Shown here in pieces: positions 62,101 to 64,000 of a stretch of DNA of 64,000 bases. Origin of the DNA: Ostreococcus lucimarinus. Taxonomy: Eukaryota. The first letter of the stretch is position 1. Each line of letters starts with the position of its first letter. A model generated the notes under the pieces. That model saw nothing but the letters and a program-made list of their open reading frames with translations. It ran no database searches and was not told the origin of the DNA. A program made the translations under genes and the position numbers. The stretch lies in the NCBI GenBank assembly GCA_000092065.1, contig CP000585.1. One strand, written 5' to 3'.

Positions 62101-62575
62101 GGATATCATTCCTCTCGCGAAGGCACTCGCAGACCATTGCTCGGAGATTGAAGCGTGCTCGGTCGGGAAATTAGACGCACTGTACAACGCCATGGATGAA
62201 GCCGCTAACGCGGAGGACGAAGAAGCCCAAGGCGAGCACCTGCGCCAGTGTTTAGCAGAGTACCTGAACGAAGATTCCGACATGCTCCCGTCGCCGCCCG
62301 AGTGCGTCAAGCAAGAGTCGCAGCTCTTGGCGCCCGACATTAAAACTCTCCTCGCGCACAGAAGCGGTGGCAAGGTTGGCGGAGCGGGGATGATGACCGC
62401 GCGCGCCATTGCGCGTGTTCTGCACAAGCTCCATTCTCCGGCTTACCCGAGCAAGGAGTGGTCGCGACATCACACCTGGGGCCGACACGCTGAGGTTGAC
62501 TTTAAAGTCATCCTCTCTCGCGCTGAGGAGGCAATCGCGAAGGCGCGCGGGATCGATACAGGCGCTCTCAAGTAA
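59129..62575 (+). CDS. RecQ-family ATP-dependent DNA helicase with long basic N-terminal region (RECQL4-like)
   Basis: [36 protein letters not shown], DEAH ([19 protein letters not shown]), TATAT, and helicase C ([18 protein letters not shown]...AYHAG...RQTQAEFM...[43 protein letters not shown]). Lys-rich N-terminal ~400 aa; no obvious HRDC domain. Confidence 0.8.
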   Translation: [1148 protein letters not shown]

Positions 62576-62630
62576 TCACAATCGCGTAGCGAATGTTCTA
62601 GCAATATTATATTACACATAGGTAGACCGT

Positions 62631-63881
62631 TTATTTCAACAAGTCGCGAACTTGCCCAATGGACGCGATGCCGTCGCTGACGCCGCCCACGAGCGTCGAC
62701 CCGACGTTCGTCACGCCCGAAGCCACACCGCCTACGATCGTCGTACCAGCACCGAGAATGGTCGACGTTACGTTCCCGACGCCATCCGTCACTCCGCTAA
62801 AAATTTTTCTGTGAAAATCGTTGAGAATTTCCGTGACCAACCCGATGCCGACGTCTTTACCCAGTTGACCGGGTCGACCGATGAAATCGTTCATTTCAAA
62901 CTGCGTGAATTGGAAAGGCGTCGAAGCGACGGAATGAATCGTCAACGACCAGTCGTAGAACGTGAGATTGTTCACCTTCAACACCGTCGGCGCTCGCCGT
63001 AAAGAAAACGAGTTCAAATGCTTTTCTTCCTCGTCATCGATAGGGGAGGCTCTCTTCAGCTTGTCTAAAATTTCCGCCAAAGCGTATAGGCGTTTAGTGA
63101 CGTCCGATCCCGCATTTTGCAACGTTCCCAGCGCGGCACCAGGAAGTTTCATCGCCTCTTTCAGTTGCGCGTCAATGGCCTTTTGCGTCGCCTCGAGCGA
63201 ATTTGAGATACCCGCGAAAAACCCATCCGCCGCCGGCGCCGCTGCCTCTGCCTCAGATTTTTCCTCACCCTTCACCTCCACCACTTTCTCGTCTTCGCGC
63301 GCGCGCATGATTTTATAATTTTTCGCCCGTCCACGCTCCTCGAGCACGATCGACCCGCCGCTGACGAATATTTCGTCGACTTTCGTCGTGACAAATCCGA
63401 ACACAAAGTTCCCCACTTGCATCCGTCCCAGCGCGCTAAAAAAATCAATCGCAATTTTAATCTCGTCAAACTTCGCCAAATGCGGCGACGTGAACTCGGC
63501 AGCATCCGAGTTTCCGATCGTCAAACGTCGCAGTGTCACCTCGTTCATCCGCACGCGGCACGCGTCCAACGCGCACGTCGCCGTCGTTCGCTTCCGAAGC
63601 TCCATCAAACACCGGTTCCGCGCCCACTCATCGAAACGGTTGACGAAACGATCACGATTCGCGTACGCGAACGCCGCGAACCCGCACGCGACGACGATGA
63701 CGAGCGCGAAAACTTTCACGACCAAGCGAAACATCAAACCGACCAACGACGCGCCACCGAAAGTCATCGAGGACACGAATTTGATCTTTTGCGACTTCGC
63801 GAGGTCGAAGTTTCCACTGAGCACGTCTTCGCTCATCGCCACCGCGAGCGTCTTGAGGACGTCGGGCGCGAGGTCCTCCAT
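62631..63881 (-). CDS. Hypothetical membrane-anchored protein (unassigned)
   Basis: 416 aa from the first ATG 63881 (the track start 63953 is TTG). N-terminal TM (VFALVIVVACGFAAFAY), a central coiled region, and a Gly/Val/Thr-rich C-terminal repeat (VTDGVGNVTSTILGAGTTIVGGVASGVTNVGSTLVGGVSDGIASIG). Confidence 0.45.
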   Translation of the reverse strand: MEDLAPDVLKTLAVAMSEDVLSGNFDLAKSQKIKFVSSMTFGGASLVGLMFRLVVKVFALVIVVACGFAAFAYANRDRFVNRFDEWARNRCLMELRKRTTATCALDACRVRMNEVTLRRLTIGNSDAAEFTSPHLAKFDEIKIAIDFFSALGRMQVGNFVFGFVTTKVDEIFVSGGSIVLEERGRAKNYKIMRAREDEKVVEVKGEEKSEAEAAAPAADGFFAGISNSLEATQKAIDAQLKEAMKLPGAALGTLQNAGSDVTKRLYALAEILDKLKRASPIDDEEEKHLNSFSLRRAPTVLKVNNLTFYDWSLTIHSVASTPFQFTQFEMNDFIGRPGQLGKDVGIGLVTEILNDFHRKIFSGVTDGVGNVTSTILGAGTTIVGGVASGVTNVGSTLVGGVSDGIASIGQVRDLLK

Positions 63882-64000
63882 CCTGAGGCGGCGAGGGGCG
63901 AGGCGACGAGTGCGGACTCGGTCGAACCACGAGAACGACTGAAAGCACTGCAATTACAAGCTAAGCGCGCGCGACGCGGAAACGAACGAAACGCACGAAA

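Noticed and set aside
1-64000. Prokaryotic-style interpretation (operons, defence islands, CRISPR, mobile elements)
   Set aside because: Spliceosomal introns with GT-AG boundaries, organelle transit peptides, and core eukaryotic nuclear genes (SF3B4, NIP7, HUS1, RPS16, V-ATPase H, DOCK) establish a eukaryotic nuclear origin. No direct-repeat/spacer arrays, transposase, integrase or terminal inverted repeats were seen.

Overview
This 64 kb window is very GC-rich (long CGCGCG runs, Arg/Ala-biased spurious ORFs) and is best read as compact eukaryotic nuclear DNA, not a prokaryotic locus. The recognisable proteins are a green-lineage chlorophyll a/b-binding LHC, cytosolic RPS16, SF3B4, NIP7, HUS1, MER3/HFM1, a DOCK GEF, V-ATPase subunit H, GFAT and plastid-type UPMT and RpiA precursors. 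That set points to a high-GC green picoalga with a Mamiellophyceae-like genome, but this is inference from sequence only. I call about 36 protein-coding genes on both strands, a mean of roughly 1.8 kb per gene. Several divergent pairs have ATGs only about 40-90 bp apart. Most genes are single-exon. I reconstructed eight introns, and seven of them use a GTGCGY donor (GTGCGT or GTGCGC); the eighth, RPS16 intron 2, uses GTACGT. Several gene models only make sense once these introns are spliced: LHC, RPS16, an FHA protein, MER3, a patatin-like lipase, SF3B4 and a small mitochondrial-type membrane protein. Many ORFs in the supplied six-frame track are antisense Arg-rich artefacts of the GC bias, or are N-terminally over-extended because TTG/GTG were allowed as starts. 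Where possible I re-anchored starts to an ATG checked against the sequence. I saw no rRNA, CRISPR array or obvious transposon; tRNAs were not systematically searched. The most unusual items are a voltage-sensor (S4) membrane module fused to a class III nucleotide cyclase, the uniform splice-donor signal, a complete meiotic MER3 helicase gene, and several conserved-looking but unassignable proteins.
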